Positions 11,084 to 23,972 of a stretch of DNA of 64,000 bases are shown here, one piece after another (position 1 is the stretch's first letter; each line of letters begins with the position of its first letter). The stretch covers positions 42,408,001-42,472,000 of the forward strand of contig CAIIXF020000001.1 of NCBI GenBank assembly GCA_903813345.2, in the 5' to 3' direction. Source of the stretch: Owenia fusiformis (taxonomy: Eukaryota). A program made the translations under genes and the position numbers. The notes under the pieces are model-generated. The model worked only from the letters and a program-made list of their open reading frames with translations, did no database searches and was not told where the DNA came from.

Positions 11084-11162
11084 TTAGGAAAATCCTTGAT
11101 GAAGATACATGTAGCACCAATAAATGACCCTTAACAAAAAAATCATTATTGTGTAGGCTACT

Positions 11163-12130
11163 TTTTACTCATTTCAGATATTTGTCAAACTGAATGAAGT
11201 TCGAGGTGGATATAGGAAAGTCGTCCATCCCTACGTTTGTCCATTTGTCGTTTTTCCGGGCGGTAACTCAGATACCGATTGACGGATTTGATTGACATTT
11301 TATAGGCGTATGTCTTATCGTTGAAGGACCTCTACTCAAGAATGTATTTCAATATGGGCGCCATTTTTCGTAAAAATGTAATCTTTAATAACTCAAATAC
11401 TAGTTTGCCGATTTGAAAAAAGTTTATTTGCTAATGCCAATGGACAAGGGAGCTTAAAAAGAGATTTTCAAGATGGCAGCTTTATTTTGATAACTCAAAC
11501 ACCAGTAGACGGATTAAATTGTTCAAATTGTATGACTGTGCTGATTCCTATGGACAAGAGATCTAGAGCCAAGCGAGATATTTTCAAGATGGCCGCTAAA
11601 TCTTTGATAACTCAAATACGAGTAGACGGATTTCGTTCAAATTGTATGCTGATGCTTACAGACAAATGAATTTTGTTTTCAAAATTGCCGCTTTAAAAAA
11701 GCTGCCATTAAAATACCCTTAGCAGTCAGGTTCAGTAACTAAGTCAACATTTGAAATTCGTATGTCCATCAATATTTACGGAGAATGGTGGCACAATTGA
11801 AATAAACCGAGTCTGTTTTTTTCAATATACGTGCAGTTTTTGGCGATCCATCTTGATAAAATGCTAAATATTGTGAAGAAACACGTGTTGACACGTTGAC
11901 ATTTGGAATTATAATGCCCTGCATAATTGTCGACTCGTGTTTTAATTAAAAGTCATGAAAACAAGGTTGAACATAACCTAAATGCAAATGGACGTATTTG
12001 CTTCAAATTTCATATGCTGATACCAAGAGACAAAGGAGCTCTGTTCAAGAAGAAACACTCAAGATGGCCTTTATCTGTCAAAACATTTTTGGAGGGATTC
12101 GCTTCTCCGTGTAGTTGCTGTAATCTCATT
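11163..12130 (+). repeat. Old HINE/pearl-like element remnant with diverged core repeats
   Basis: GTCC-like microsatellite near 11220, then recurring ATAACTCAAA...GACGGATT and TTTCAAGATGGC motifs. Boundaries are approximate. Confidence 0.4.
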
Positions 12131-12331
12131 TATACCTTAGAAAGAGATCATGATCAGATGTATTTGGTATTGTTTATTGATAACTTTGACGAGCATTTAG
12201 AGCCACATACAGACATTCTACCTATATTATAAAACCCTAAAAAGTAATAAATATGACACTGTGCTATAAGAAATGAGATAAAGAAAATATATTGTGTCTC
12301 AGAAATAAAGAAAAAAAGAAAATGATTTTTC

Positions 12332-12400
12332 ATGGCCGGGATTTGAATCTACAAAAGGTTGGTTAGAAGCCTGGTGCTTTAACCACTCTGCCATAGCCTC
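12332..12400 (-). repeat. tRNA-derived SINE-like head
   Basis: On the - strand, A-box-like TGGCAGAGTGGTTAAAGC and B-box-like GATTCAAATCC at tRNA spacing. Confidence 0.5.
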
Positions 12401-13496
12401 AGCTTGACTGTGAAAGTGTTTTCTAATATTCATTGTTGATTTTAGAAAAAAGGTTTTCCACTAAACCACAATTATTAAAAAACAGTCAATAATAATTGGT
12501 CAACTTATATTATTAGAATAGATATCTGAATAGAGAGTGCAAGCCAAATTCAGAATTGATGCTGTTAATCCAGTTTTCACTTTGAGAATCTATTTCCTGT
12601 CATGACTGTCAAAAAAACGTGGCGTCCAGAAAAAAGTCTTGCTTCCAATTTTTAAAATGATAAATATCCATGGATCAGCTATTTTTGGCACCTGTACCCA
12701 TCCTAATAGGGCTAAATATAAAGGTAAAACTATTTGCTTGGAAAGTCTTTCTTGAAATCTCCAATTTCTGGAATGGTACAACATAATGGTATTCATTATA
12801 TTTAAACTCCATTTTAGAAAATACAACAAGATATATTTATGCAAAAACATCATATAATATTAAGCATTTCAACCTGAGCTTGCCTTAAAGTATGGCACTT
12901 TACATCCAGAAAAATAAGCAATTATAATGGAACATCACTCCATGTCCTGGAGAGAAACTTCTGAGACATCTTTAAGTAAAAACTAGGTCACTGCCACCTT
13001 TCGATACCTTTCTTGATTATGAAGTATAATTATGCAATGAACATCATATAATAGTTATGGATACTATTTTTTATAAGCTTACAGAACTCATACGCTTAGG
13101 AATACCCATAGGACTGTAACATTGCTCCTAATTATAGGATCTTTACGAGACTACTGATTAAAACAACACTTTTTGATGTAATATCATGAAAGTAAGTGAC
13201 TACTGAAAGTTTTTACCATTGGAGCCTATAGCACTCTGGCCCAACAAAAACAAATATAAAACTAGACATGTAAATTGAACAAGTTCAATTTAAGACTCCA
13301 GATTTAAGACTTGTTTTAAGCTGAGTCATCCAATTACTTGTAAGCTGAGTCATCCAATTACTTGTAAGCTGAGTCATTCACTATAAGCTGAGTCAGCTAG
13401 AATATAGACATTTTGACAACTCTTAAGAATGTTATCTTTGACTCCATATGCATGACATGGGGATATCATCATATCGACTTTTCGAGACTTCAAACC

Positions 13497-15650
13497 CCTA
13501 TAACTGTCTAACCAGAAGTTTGATCGAAAATCAGTTTATAGATTCGGATTCCTGAGAAAATTCTACCCTTAATTCATAACTCATTTTATTTTGACCTACT
13601 TTACGGACACCATATCTCAAAAGTGGGTCAAAATACTCTCTGACGGCAAAAGGCTAACACTATTAGCACACTCTTTGCTACCTGTATACAAAATTTTGAA
13701 GCAAATCCTAAAAGTGTAGTGCCAGAATCGCAAAAATAAGGAAAAACTATGAATTTGACCTCGATTTTGACCTAGGCATTTTGGTGTCCAAATATTGAAA
13801 CTAGGTAGCTTTTGAGGTCCCCTTCTTTTATAGGAATTCATTATCTTAAGCTGTACTCAATCTATATCTCGTATTTTACACTTCAAAAAAATCTTTTTTC
13901 TTTGACTTTCTATCAGGATAACATCAGATCGATTTTTCTCGAAATTTCAAAACGCCATAACTTTCAAACCGGAAGTCGGATCGAAATTTGATTTAAAGAT
14001 TCGGATTCCTGACAAAATTCTACCCCTCATTCATAACTCATACGTTAAATTTGGCGAATTTTTATTTTGACCTACTTTTCGGACATGCCATAACTTTGGA
14101 ACCGGAAGTCGGATCGAAATTTGGTTTGCAGATTCGGATTCCTGAGAAAATTCTACTCTTAATTTATAACTCATATGTAAAATTTGGAGAATTTTTTATT
14201 TTGACCTACTTTTCGGACACCATATCTCAAAAGTGGGTCAAAATACTCTCTGACGGCAAAAGGCTAACACTATTAGCCCACTCTTTGCTACCTGTATACA
14301 AAATTTTGAAGCAAATCCTAAAAGTGTAGTGCCAGAATCGCAAAAATAAGGAAAAACTATGTATTTGACCTAGATTTTGACCTAGGGATTTTGGTGTCCA
14401 AATTTTAAAGCTAGATAGCCTTCGAGGTCCCCTTCTTTTATAGACTTTCAGAATCTTAAGCTGTACTCAGTCTTTATCTGGTATTTTACACTTCAAAAAA
14501 ATATTTTTTCTCATTGACATTACATGGGGCACCAAAATTAGCGATTTTTGAGCTTTCAGAACGCCATAACTTCCCAACGAAAAGTCGAATTGAAATTTGG
14601 TTTGCAGATTCGGATTCCTGAGAAAATTCTACCCTTAATTCATAACTCATAAGTTAAATTATGAGAAATTTTTATTTTGACCTACTTTACGGACACCATA
14701 TCTCAAAAGTGGGTCAAAATACTTTCTGACGGCAAAAGGCTCTCACTATTAGCACACTCTTTCCTACCTGTATACAAAATTTTGAAGCAAATCCTAAAAG
14801 TGTAGTGCCAGAATCGCAAAAATAAGGAAAAACTATGAATTTGACCTAGATTTTGACCTAGGCATTTTGGTGTCCAAATTTTAAAGCTAGATAGCCTTCG
14901 AGGTCCCCTTCTTTTATAGGCTTTCAGAATGTTAAGCTGTACTCAGTTTATATCTGGTATTTTACACTTCAAAAAAATCTTTTTTCTCATTGACATAACA
15001 TGGGGCACCAAATTTAGCGATTTTTGAGCTTTCAAAACGCCATAACTTCCGAACCGAAAGTCGGATTGAAATTTAGTTTGCAGATTCGGATTCCTGGGAA
15101 AATTCTACCCTTAATTCATAGCTCATATGTTAAATTTTGAGAACATTTTATTTTGACCTACTTTTCGGACACCATATCTCAAAAGTGGGTCAAAATACTT
15201 TTTGACGGCAAAAGGCTAACACTATTAGCACACTCTCTGCTACCTGTGTGCAAAATTTTGAAGCAAATTATTAAAGTGTAGTGTCAGAATCGCAAAAATA
15301 AGAAAATACTATAAATTTGACCTAGATTTTGACCTAGGCATTTTGCTGTCCAAATTTTAAAGCTAGATAGCCTTCGAGGTCCTCTTCTTTAATAGGCTTT
15401 CATTATGTTAAGCTGTACTCAGTCTATATCTCGTATTTAACACTTCGAAGAAGTCTTTTTCCCCATTGACTTAACATGGGGCGCCAAATTTAGCGATTTT
15501 GAGATTTCAAAACGCTGTTACTTCCGAACCGGAAGTCGGATTGAAATTTTGTTTGCAGATTTGGATTCCTGAGATCATTCTACACCTATTTGATAATTCA
15601 CACGATGAATTTGGAGGACTTTTTATGTTCTGACCTACTTTTCGGACGTC
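13497..15650. repeat. Tandem core array, 610-bp and 476-bp monomers (outer HINE)
   Basis: CCATATCTCAAAAGTGGG recurs at 13610, 14220, 14696 and 15172. Confidence 0.9.
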
Positions 15651-16007
15651 ATTTCTCAAAATCGGTAAGAGTAATCAAAAAACGATTTGCCTTTCGGAAT
15701 TAGCTTTTTATCTAAGCTACAAGATGAAAAAAACCCGGAGCCAAAATACCGAAGGACGACTGAGAAAACTTGTAAAATAGTGAAAACTAACGATTTGACC
15801 TAGATTTTGACGTTTGACCTAGATAAACATTTGACCTAATTTCCCAGAAACTAGGTCTCATTACCCAGTTGACTGTGTTAGCAGATTTAAGTAACTCCTT
15901 CTAGTTGCTGAGAAAACTGGTTCGGAAAGAAAAATAATAATAATAACTAGATTGGTAAATTGAACAAAGTTCAATTTAAGACTCCAGATTGATTTACTTG
16001 AGTAAAG

Positions 16008-16192
16008 AGCTGAGTAAGTAATTGAGTAGGCAGCTGAGTAAGTAGATGATTAAGTAATTGAGTAAATAGCTGAGTAGGTAGCTGAGTAAGCAGCTGAGCA
16101 GGTAGCTGAGTAAGTAGCTGAGTAGGTAGCTGAGTAAGTAGCTGAGTTCGTAGCTGAGTAGGTAGCCGAGTAGGTAAGTAGGTAGGTAAGTA
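16008..16192. repeat. 12-bp minisatellite (AGCTGAGTA(A/G)GT)n decaying into (AGGT/AAGT)n
   Basis: Directly visible, with more than ten 12-bp units. Confidence 0.9.
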
Positions 16193-16202
16193 GGAATTTT
16201 TG

Positions 16203-18030
16203 ACCGGAAGTCGGATTGAAATTTGGTTTGCAGATTCGGATTCCTGAGAAAATTCTACCCTTAATTCATAACTCATAAGTTAAATTATGAGAACTTTTTA
16301 TTTTGACCTACTTTACGGACACCATATCTCAAAAGTGGGTCAAAATACTTTCTGACGGCAAAAGGCTCTCACTATTAACACACTCTTTGCTACTTGTATA
16401 CAAAATTTTGAAGCAAATCCTAAAAGTGTAGTGCCAGAATCGCAAAAATAAGGAAATACTATTAATTTGACCTAGATTTTGACCTAGTCATTTTGGTGTC
16501 CAAATATTGAAACTAGGTAGCTTTTGAGGTCCCCTTCTTTTATAGGAATTCATTATCTTAAGCTGTACTCAATCTATATCTCGTATTTTACACTTCAAAA
16601 AAATCTTTTTTCCTTGACTTTTTATCAGGATACCATCAGATTGATTTTCCGAAATTTCAAAACGCCATAACTTCCGAACCGGAAGTCGGATCGAAATTTG
16701 ATTTTAAGATTCGGATTCCTTACAAAATTCTACCCCTAATTCATAACTCATACGTTAAATTTGGCGGATTTTTATTTTGACCTACTTTTCGGACACGCCA
16801 TAACTTTGGAACCGGAAGTCGGATCGAAATTTGGTTTGCAGATTCGGATTCCTGAGAAAATTCTACACTTAATCCATAACTCATATGTTAAATTTGGAGA
16901 ATTTTTTATTTTGACCTACTTTTCGGACACCATATCTCAAAAGTGGGTCAAAATACTCTCTGACGGCAAAAGGCTAACACTATAAGCACACTCTTTGCTA
17001 CCTGTATACAAAATTTTGAAGCAAATCCTAAAAGTGTAGTGCCAGAATCGCAAAAATAAGAAAAAACTATGAATTTGACCTAGATTTTGACCTAGGCATT
17101 TTGGTGTCCAAATATTGAAACTAGGTAGCTCTTGAGGTCCCCTTCTTTTATAGGAATTCATTATCTTAAGCTGTACTCAATCTATATCTCGTATTTTACA
17201 CTTCAAAAAAATCTTTTTTCCTTGACTTTCTATCAGGATAACACCAGATTGATTTTTCTCGAAATTTCAAAACGCCATAACTTTCAAACGGGAAGTCGGA
17301 TCTAAATTTGATTTAAAGATTCGGATTCCTGACAAAATTCTACCCCTAATTCATAACTCATACGTTAAATTTGGCGAATTTTTATTTTGACCTACTTTTT
17401 GGACATGCCATAACTTCCGAACCAGAAGTCGGATCGAAATTTGGTTTGCAGATTCGGATTACTGAGAAAATTCTTCTCTTAATTCATAACTCAAACATTA
17501 AATTTGGAGAACTTTTTATTTTGACCTACTTTTCGGACACCATATCTCAAAAGTGGGTCAAAATACTTTCTGACGGCAAAAGGCTAACGCTATTAGCACA
17601 CTCGTGGCTACATGTATACACAATTTCGAAGAATATAATTAAAGTGTAGTGTCAGAATCGAAAAAATAAGGAAAACCTATGAATTTGACCTAGATTTTGA
17701 CCTAGGCATTTTGGTGTCCAAATTTTGAAGCTAGATAGCTTTTGAGGTCCTCTTCTTTTAAAGGCTTTGATAATGTAAAGCTGAACTCAGTCTATATTCC
17801 GTATTTTTCACTTCAAAAAAATATTTTTTCCCATTGACTTAACATGGGCACCAAATTTAGCGATTTTTGAGTTTTCAAAACGCCATAACTTCCTAACCGG
17901 AAGTCGGATCGGAATTTGGTTTGCAGATTCAGATTCCTGAGAAAATTCTACACTTATGTCATAGCTCATATAATATATTTGGTTAACTTTATAGTTTGAC
18001 CTACTTTCCGGACACCATATCTCAAAATCG
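16203..18030. repeat. Tandem core array (inner HINE)
   Basis: CCATATCTCAAAA recurs at 16322, 16930, 17540 and 18015. Confidence 0.9.
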
Positions 18031-19192
18031 GTAAGAGTAATCAAAAAACGGATGGCACACTCTCGATTTGTTTTTTTCTAAGCTACACAATGGGATGTAT
18101 ATCAAGGTGTTTCGATAAATAATGACGAAGATAATTGACAGAATGTTAAAAATGTAAGATTTGACCTAGTTCTTAACCTTTGACCTAGATAAAAAGTTGA
18201 CCTAATTTCCCAGAAACTAGGTCGATGGGCTATGTTAGCCATGTAAGTAGGTTAAAGTAAGCTCTTCTAGTTGCTGAGAAAACGTGTACGGAAAGAAAGA
18301 AAGAAAGAATAATAAGAAAACTGGCAAAAGCAATAGACTCCAGATTTTCATCTGGAGTCTAATAATAAGAAAACTGGCAAAAGCAATAGACTCCAGATGA
18401 AATCTGGAGTCTAATAAGAGCTGACATATATTTATGCACCTTTATTCAGCTACAGTGTATATAACAACTCCGTATTAATTGCTCACTTCATCTAATGCAT
18501 TTGTCACTGCTTTCGGAAACAGGCTGTAAGCATACTGTATGGACTGCGAAAGCCTTTGGCATGTCTTAATCCATTGAGGAATACTTAATCAGTCGTTAGT
18601 CGTTACGTCGTGACTCATGAGACTAAAAAACACATTATTACCGTCACTCATCTGCTGCGACGCTCCAATTAACGCTTTAATGTACCCTCGAATAAACCAA
18701 AATTAGACCCATGGGTTACATTATGATGAAAAATCTACACTTAATAAGTTGATAAAAGCCGACAATTTTTAAATTATGAGGGAAAATGTGTGTACCACAA
18801 TAAAACAATATATTATTTATAACCTAATCATGTATCTACTTTTGGTTAGAAGTGTCAGTAATTTGATTTTCATGATCAGGTCAACGGAAGATGACCTCCC
18901 GTAACGTGTTACACAACTGTATTAAACCAAAACATTAGTTTTACTTTTGCAACTTGCCTCCCCGTTATGAGCGTATTTCGTGTTGACAAAAACAAGAGTC
19001 TGAGTGTCGCTTAGTAATAGCTACATATGCTAGTTGTGCCAAGCCAGTCTTATAACCGATGATACGCTTCTTAGAGGGCAAATGCATCTATAATTCATCA
19101 TAAACTAAGATTTAATAAACTAAGATCTTTAAAATTAAACTCTTCAAAGACTGTATCATGACCCACGTACGTGGGTAGGTCGGTATGAGGTA

Positions 19193-19808
19193 CAGGCTGA
19201 CCCAAAAAATGCAACCTTCCATTTCTTCAATATTTTTCTTAAATGGAGGTTAATTGCTCTGAAATTTGGCACACAAGGATTTAATTCAATGTGGGAAAGT
19301 TTCAATAACCATAGTCTTATATTGATAGAGTTATTGTCGTTCCAAAATATGCTCCAAATGTCGTCCATTTTCAATGTTAGGCTTTCAGATGAATCACATT
19401 CCCTTCTTTTTGAACATGTAAACTCAAGAAATAATGTGTTCTGGGATCACAAATTCCAGATGAAGTGCTTCAAAGGCCGCTTCATTCTGTTAAATGCACA
19501 GCTTAGGCTGCCAATTTCCAAACATGAAATCATCAGCCCCTTTTGGTTTGAGGTTGATAATGCCAAGAATGCCAAGAATGCATCCGTGTTATGAACAGTT
19601 TTCCTTGAACATTGCAAGTTTGTTTTCAGCGAAATTGACGGCATCTGGAGCATATTTTGAAACAACCATAACTATATCAATATAAGTCTATGGTTATTAA
19701 AACTTTGCCAGAGGATCCCATATTGAATGAAGTCCTTGGGTGCCAAATTTATCTCCATTTAAGAAAATATTGAAGAAATGGAGGGTTGCATTTTTTTGGG
19801 TCACCCTG
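19193..19808. mobile_element. Tc1/mariner-type MITE, 616 bp, long TIRs
   Basis: TA-CAGGCTGACCCAAAAAATGCAACC ... GGTTGCATTTTTTTGGGTCACCCTG-TA. Inverted arms extend well over 100 bp. Confidence 0.85.
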
Positions 19809-22800
19809 TAGGAGGTTTTTTATACAAAGCCTTCGTAGAGTTCCACTTTCGCCCGATGAAGTGCAATGTTGTTCTGATTTGTTTAACAAATTCAAGCTAG
19901 GAATATTAATCATGCATACATCATAAACAAATAACATTGTCGAAGTTCGATATCCCTTTTTGATAAACTATTAGGCTTCAATGTCCATTTTATAATCTTT
20001 AGATGACATGTCTTTGATCACCCACGGATGTCAGACAATTAACTCTTCGTTTGCTGTTTCTGTTTGCTATACATTTATTGCAGCTTCGTGCAAGGCTAAT
20101 AGATTGTAAAAGGTATACTTGGAAAGCGAAATAACTTTTCCATGTCAGTCTTCATAACATTCCATTATCTTTATACCCCCTTAGCTTTCATTTAATTGAC
20201 AAGCATTTGGAAGCTCAAACAGAATTCATACAAGTGTATAAGTGTTGCTACCACCCCGAAACTTGTAACGAACGAATGTTTTTCGAATACTATTTTGAGC
20301 ATTACTTGACGCTAGGTGAGGTATGAAACGTGTGTCGCGGATCAAAATCGTTTATTATATGTCAAAAAACGTTGATTCAGTTGTCATACGCATTGTGGCT
20401 TGTTCAAAAGTTTTTCTTACATATTTTCTGGATAGCATGTAACACATGCCCCAAAAAGAAGTGTATATAAGGAAAAATAAAACTTTTAAAGTACACAGCG
20501 GCTCAAATAGATGTACATGGTTGGAATACTTGACACTTAACAGAAAATTGTGTAATTTCAAACCGTTTTGTTACTTGCTCCAGGCATTTCTGATTTAACT
20601 ATCTGATATAATGAACAATATAAAATATGAAGGTTGTCAGTTCAGTAATTTAAACCAGGTTGAGCATATTGAAGGTGACGCATCACTAGTTATCTGTTCT
20701 AGATTAACGAGCACAGCGTTGCTTTTGGATAATTGCAAACCTGTCTTAATCAGCACATGGTTCTGTTTCTGTATACAACGTGTGTACAATAATAGTTAAT
20801 GCAGTTTATAGTAGTGTACAATGGGCAGCTAGGCCTACGAGCGATTTGATGCGATTGAAAAGGAACATTGAAGAGTAACACTTATCATTAAGAAACAAAT
20901 ACCAAATTCTAAAGTAGTGATCTAACATACAGGGAAACTATGCCTAATACCATTCCCATTTCATAACTAAAGTTGCAGTGTCTCAATGCTTTTCAGCAAA
21001 CACTCGTAAGACAACATGTCAATCCGACCCCCTCTCGATTTTCTTCTAGAGTACTTTTTCCAATTTTTGCGTCTCTGTTCTTTTTTAGCTTGATCAACAG
21101 ACATAAGACAGTTTAGACAGGGTAGAGGGGCAAAGTTATGATAGTTGGATCTATCTTTATTTAATTTTTTCTTATTTCAGAGAAGAAAAAACATGTTAAA
21201 GCAATTGCAAAAAACAATTACAATACAGTTACATGGTAAATGTACATTTTATAATACAGTATTGGTTACATGTTAGTGTTTTATATCTTGGCAATTTGTT
21301 TTTTTATTTAAAGGAAAAATCTTCAGTGTCACTTGTTTAATTTTGCTTCCATGATTTTTCACTTATCACCTCTGCCCAACTCGTTTGTCCATAATAAAGT
21401 TGGATCTTGGTGCCAATAAAGTTGAAATTCATAAACTATTCACCATTTCGCTGTTTGTGCCGTTGCTAGGTGGTTGCTAGGCATCATCATGGACCGCAAT
21501 TATATTGGAAAAATACTGATTCATACATCTGCCATGGTTGGAGACTTCATCTGGTTTCCGATAGATGGCCATTATAACATTTTACCCTATATCTCATTAA
21601 CGGTTAGCATCCAAGGCTAGTGCAACATACCACAGTGTTCGGGAGAGACTTGCCTAGCCTGCTATAACAAACTTGCCAAGGGCTGTCCGCCGAATTTTTG
21701 AGATAAATAAACTTGACGACACTAACCCCCTCTATCGTCAGATTCGCCAAGGTAAAATCATTAATACAAATCGCAGGTGGGGGTCCAAATGACCCACTCC
21801 CCTTGCGACTTAGTGTTATAAGGAAAAGGGTTACAAACATTAGGGTTAATATTGATTATGCTATTCTAGAGACATAATACCAATCGATCATAATAAAAAC
21901 AATTTGCAGAAAAAGATAAACAGAGAAATTATGTATCATCAATAACAATAACAATGATGAATACTTAATTCAGTAATCTATGCTATGATTTACTTGAAAA
22001 CACATACATAAATGTCAACGTTAAACCAGAGACATATAAAACATATGTGTCTGATTTAACTTAAATCATTTTAAATTACGTGTATATTTGGTGTTGACTG
22101 TTGACGACAATATCGTACCTAAAAAAGACAAGACACAGAGTGATAACTATCGCACTTCGAAGAGCAAAATGGTCACCATGTATAAATTAACCTACCATGC
22201 CTAAAACTTTATCAGATCTTGGCATTGGTCTTCTCTTGTAAGTGTAAAAAATTTAACAGGCTAGTTTTTCCTGGAATTCTGATGACTGTAATTGATTTTT
22301 AGTCTTTAACTAAAGTTTGCGAAACTGTGATAACATCGTTCGTGATTTGATAACTTTGACCTTAGGCCTTGAAAATCGTTTGTCATCAATATGACCTAAA
22401 TTTGAATCCAAAAGTTAATCTAATTTGTTTACCTTTCGCAGGTCACTGAAGGTCAACAAAAGCTAAAATCTAAGGTCAGGTTTGAATTTCTTTTTAAGAA
22501 TTGACAATCAATCAATTTGAAGCTAGAGTAGAGTATATGAATTTCTGGAGTATGATTGAATGAATTACATATGAATGAGTGAAATTGAATATCTCGAGGG
22601 ATGCGATCAAAAACCCATGCAATGAGTAACTTGCAAACGTTACATAAAATGGCACATGCTCAAGTGGGGCAACCTATTCTAAATGATAAATATGTCAATT
22701 ACAAAGTGTAGAGTTCAAGGTAAACCTAAAATAATGCTTGAGTTATGCCGCCAAGGTTTTGTAATATAAAACGACTCATTTGTATTGTTGTTTAGCAGCT

Positions 22801-23972
22801 CTTGATTAGACGTGTAGTAGCGGATTCCGGAGAGGTTTTGTTGGTCGACTTCCGAATTCCTACCCTTTTTATACCCATTTTAATTATGTCCCACGAACAG
22901 AAAACGTTGCCTCGAATTGTGAAATAATAGTTGATTCGTATGGAAAACGTACGTACAAAATTACGTACGTTTAAAATATGTAAATGAAGTACACCATATG
23001 AAACGTCTGAACTGCGTCACCTCAATACCAAGAGCGTTACTCGACCTTAAAATGAAAGCTTGTCGACCTCATTAGTTCATGGGGTCATAGAGGCACATGT
23101 TGGTGTTGTAAAATACTACACTCAACACTAGTTCAAAAATCCAAAATGACAGATTCATCACGAATTCAAAATGGCCACCATGTACAATGGAGTTTAGACA
23201 TCATATCAAAAACCTAAAAATCTTGGCACTTAGCTGCTCTTGCATCAGAAAATACGTCAAATAGAAGGGATTAGTTGTTTGAAATTTGTTAGAAATTTGA
23301 TGATAAGATCTATGGAAGAATTCAAATGGCCGTTAAGTAATTTACCCCGCATGCTTTTAACATTACCAGATGTTGGCACTAGTCTGTTCTTGCATATGTA
23401 AAAATGTCAAGTTGAACAGGTAGGCTGTTTCCCTAGAATTTTGATGACAATATTTGATTCATGAGGCGCCCGCCTACAACCCCTGCATGTCTGCCACAAC
23501 GCCCATCGCACAAAACGACGGCAATATAGCAATTTTTTGGATGGATGGGTCAGGTTGATTTAAGGAAAACACTTCGTAGCAGTTTGAGCCACTGGTATTA
23601 AAACGGAAAAATGAGTATCTGGCTACCACATGAAGGGTACAAGGAATATAGCTCACTCTTATCTTACCTTCTTGCAATTATTGAAGCGATAATTTTGAAT
23701 GATTAATACTAATTAAATTATGACTGACTTTCCTGTTAAGATGACTTGGTTAACAAGTGCCGATGTCCCATGAGTGCTTTTTAACATGCAATATATGAAC
23801 ACAAAGCATGTAAATGCACATAGGACTTGCCAAAATTCCACTATGTGGATCTAAATGAATTGAAACGAGTATTACTTCGTACATTTATTGTTAATCTAGA
23901 TTAATTTGGATCGTGTCTTCTTAACTTGTTCATAATAATGTGTTTTTATTTTTTATTCATACTACGTATATA

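Larger units (their letters stand above)
15946..18364 (-). mobile_element. HINE, inner copy of the same family inserted into the outer copy
   Basis: A second ACTAG + hairpin + AGACTCCAGAT end at 15946, and a second complete head at about 18310-18364 immediately followed by the head of the outer copy. Confidence 0.8.
13261..18417 (-). mobile_element. Helentron-associated interspersed element (HINE / DINE-1-like), outer copy, with tandem core array
   Basis: On the - strand: 5' TTATTAGACTCCAGAT..ATCTGGAGTCT palindromic subTIR, TTA/TTTC microsatellite, core repeats, then 3' subTIR ATCTGGAGTCT, hairpin TAAATTGAAC-TT-GTTCAATTTA and terminal CTAGT in a T-rich site. Confidence 0.8.

Noticed and set aside
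15971..16276. ORF with TQL(L/P) repeats
   Set aside because: By-product of the 12-bp minisatellite.
13497..18030. Possible CRISPR-like repeat-spacer array
   Set aside because: Units are repeated along their full length with no unique spacers, the context is eukaryotic, and there are no cas genes.
13617..18044. Repeated 74-92 aa ORFs in the tandem array
   Set aside because: Chance frames in repeat monomers, several with non-ATG starts, and no recognisable domain.
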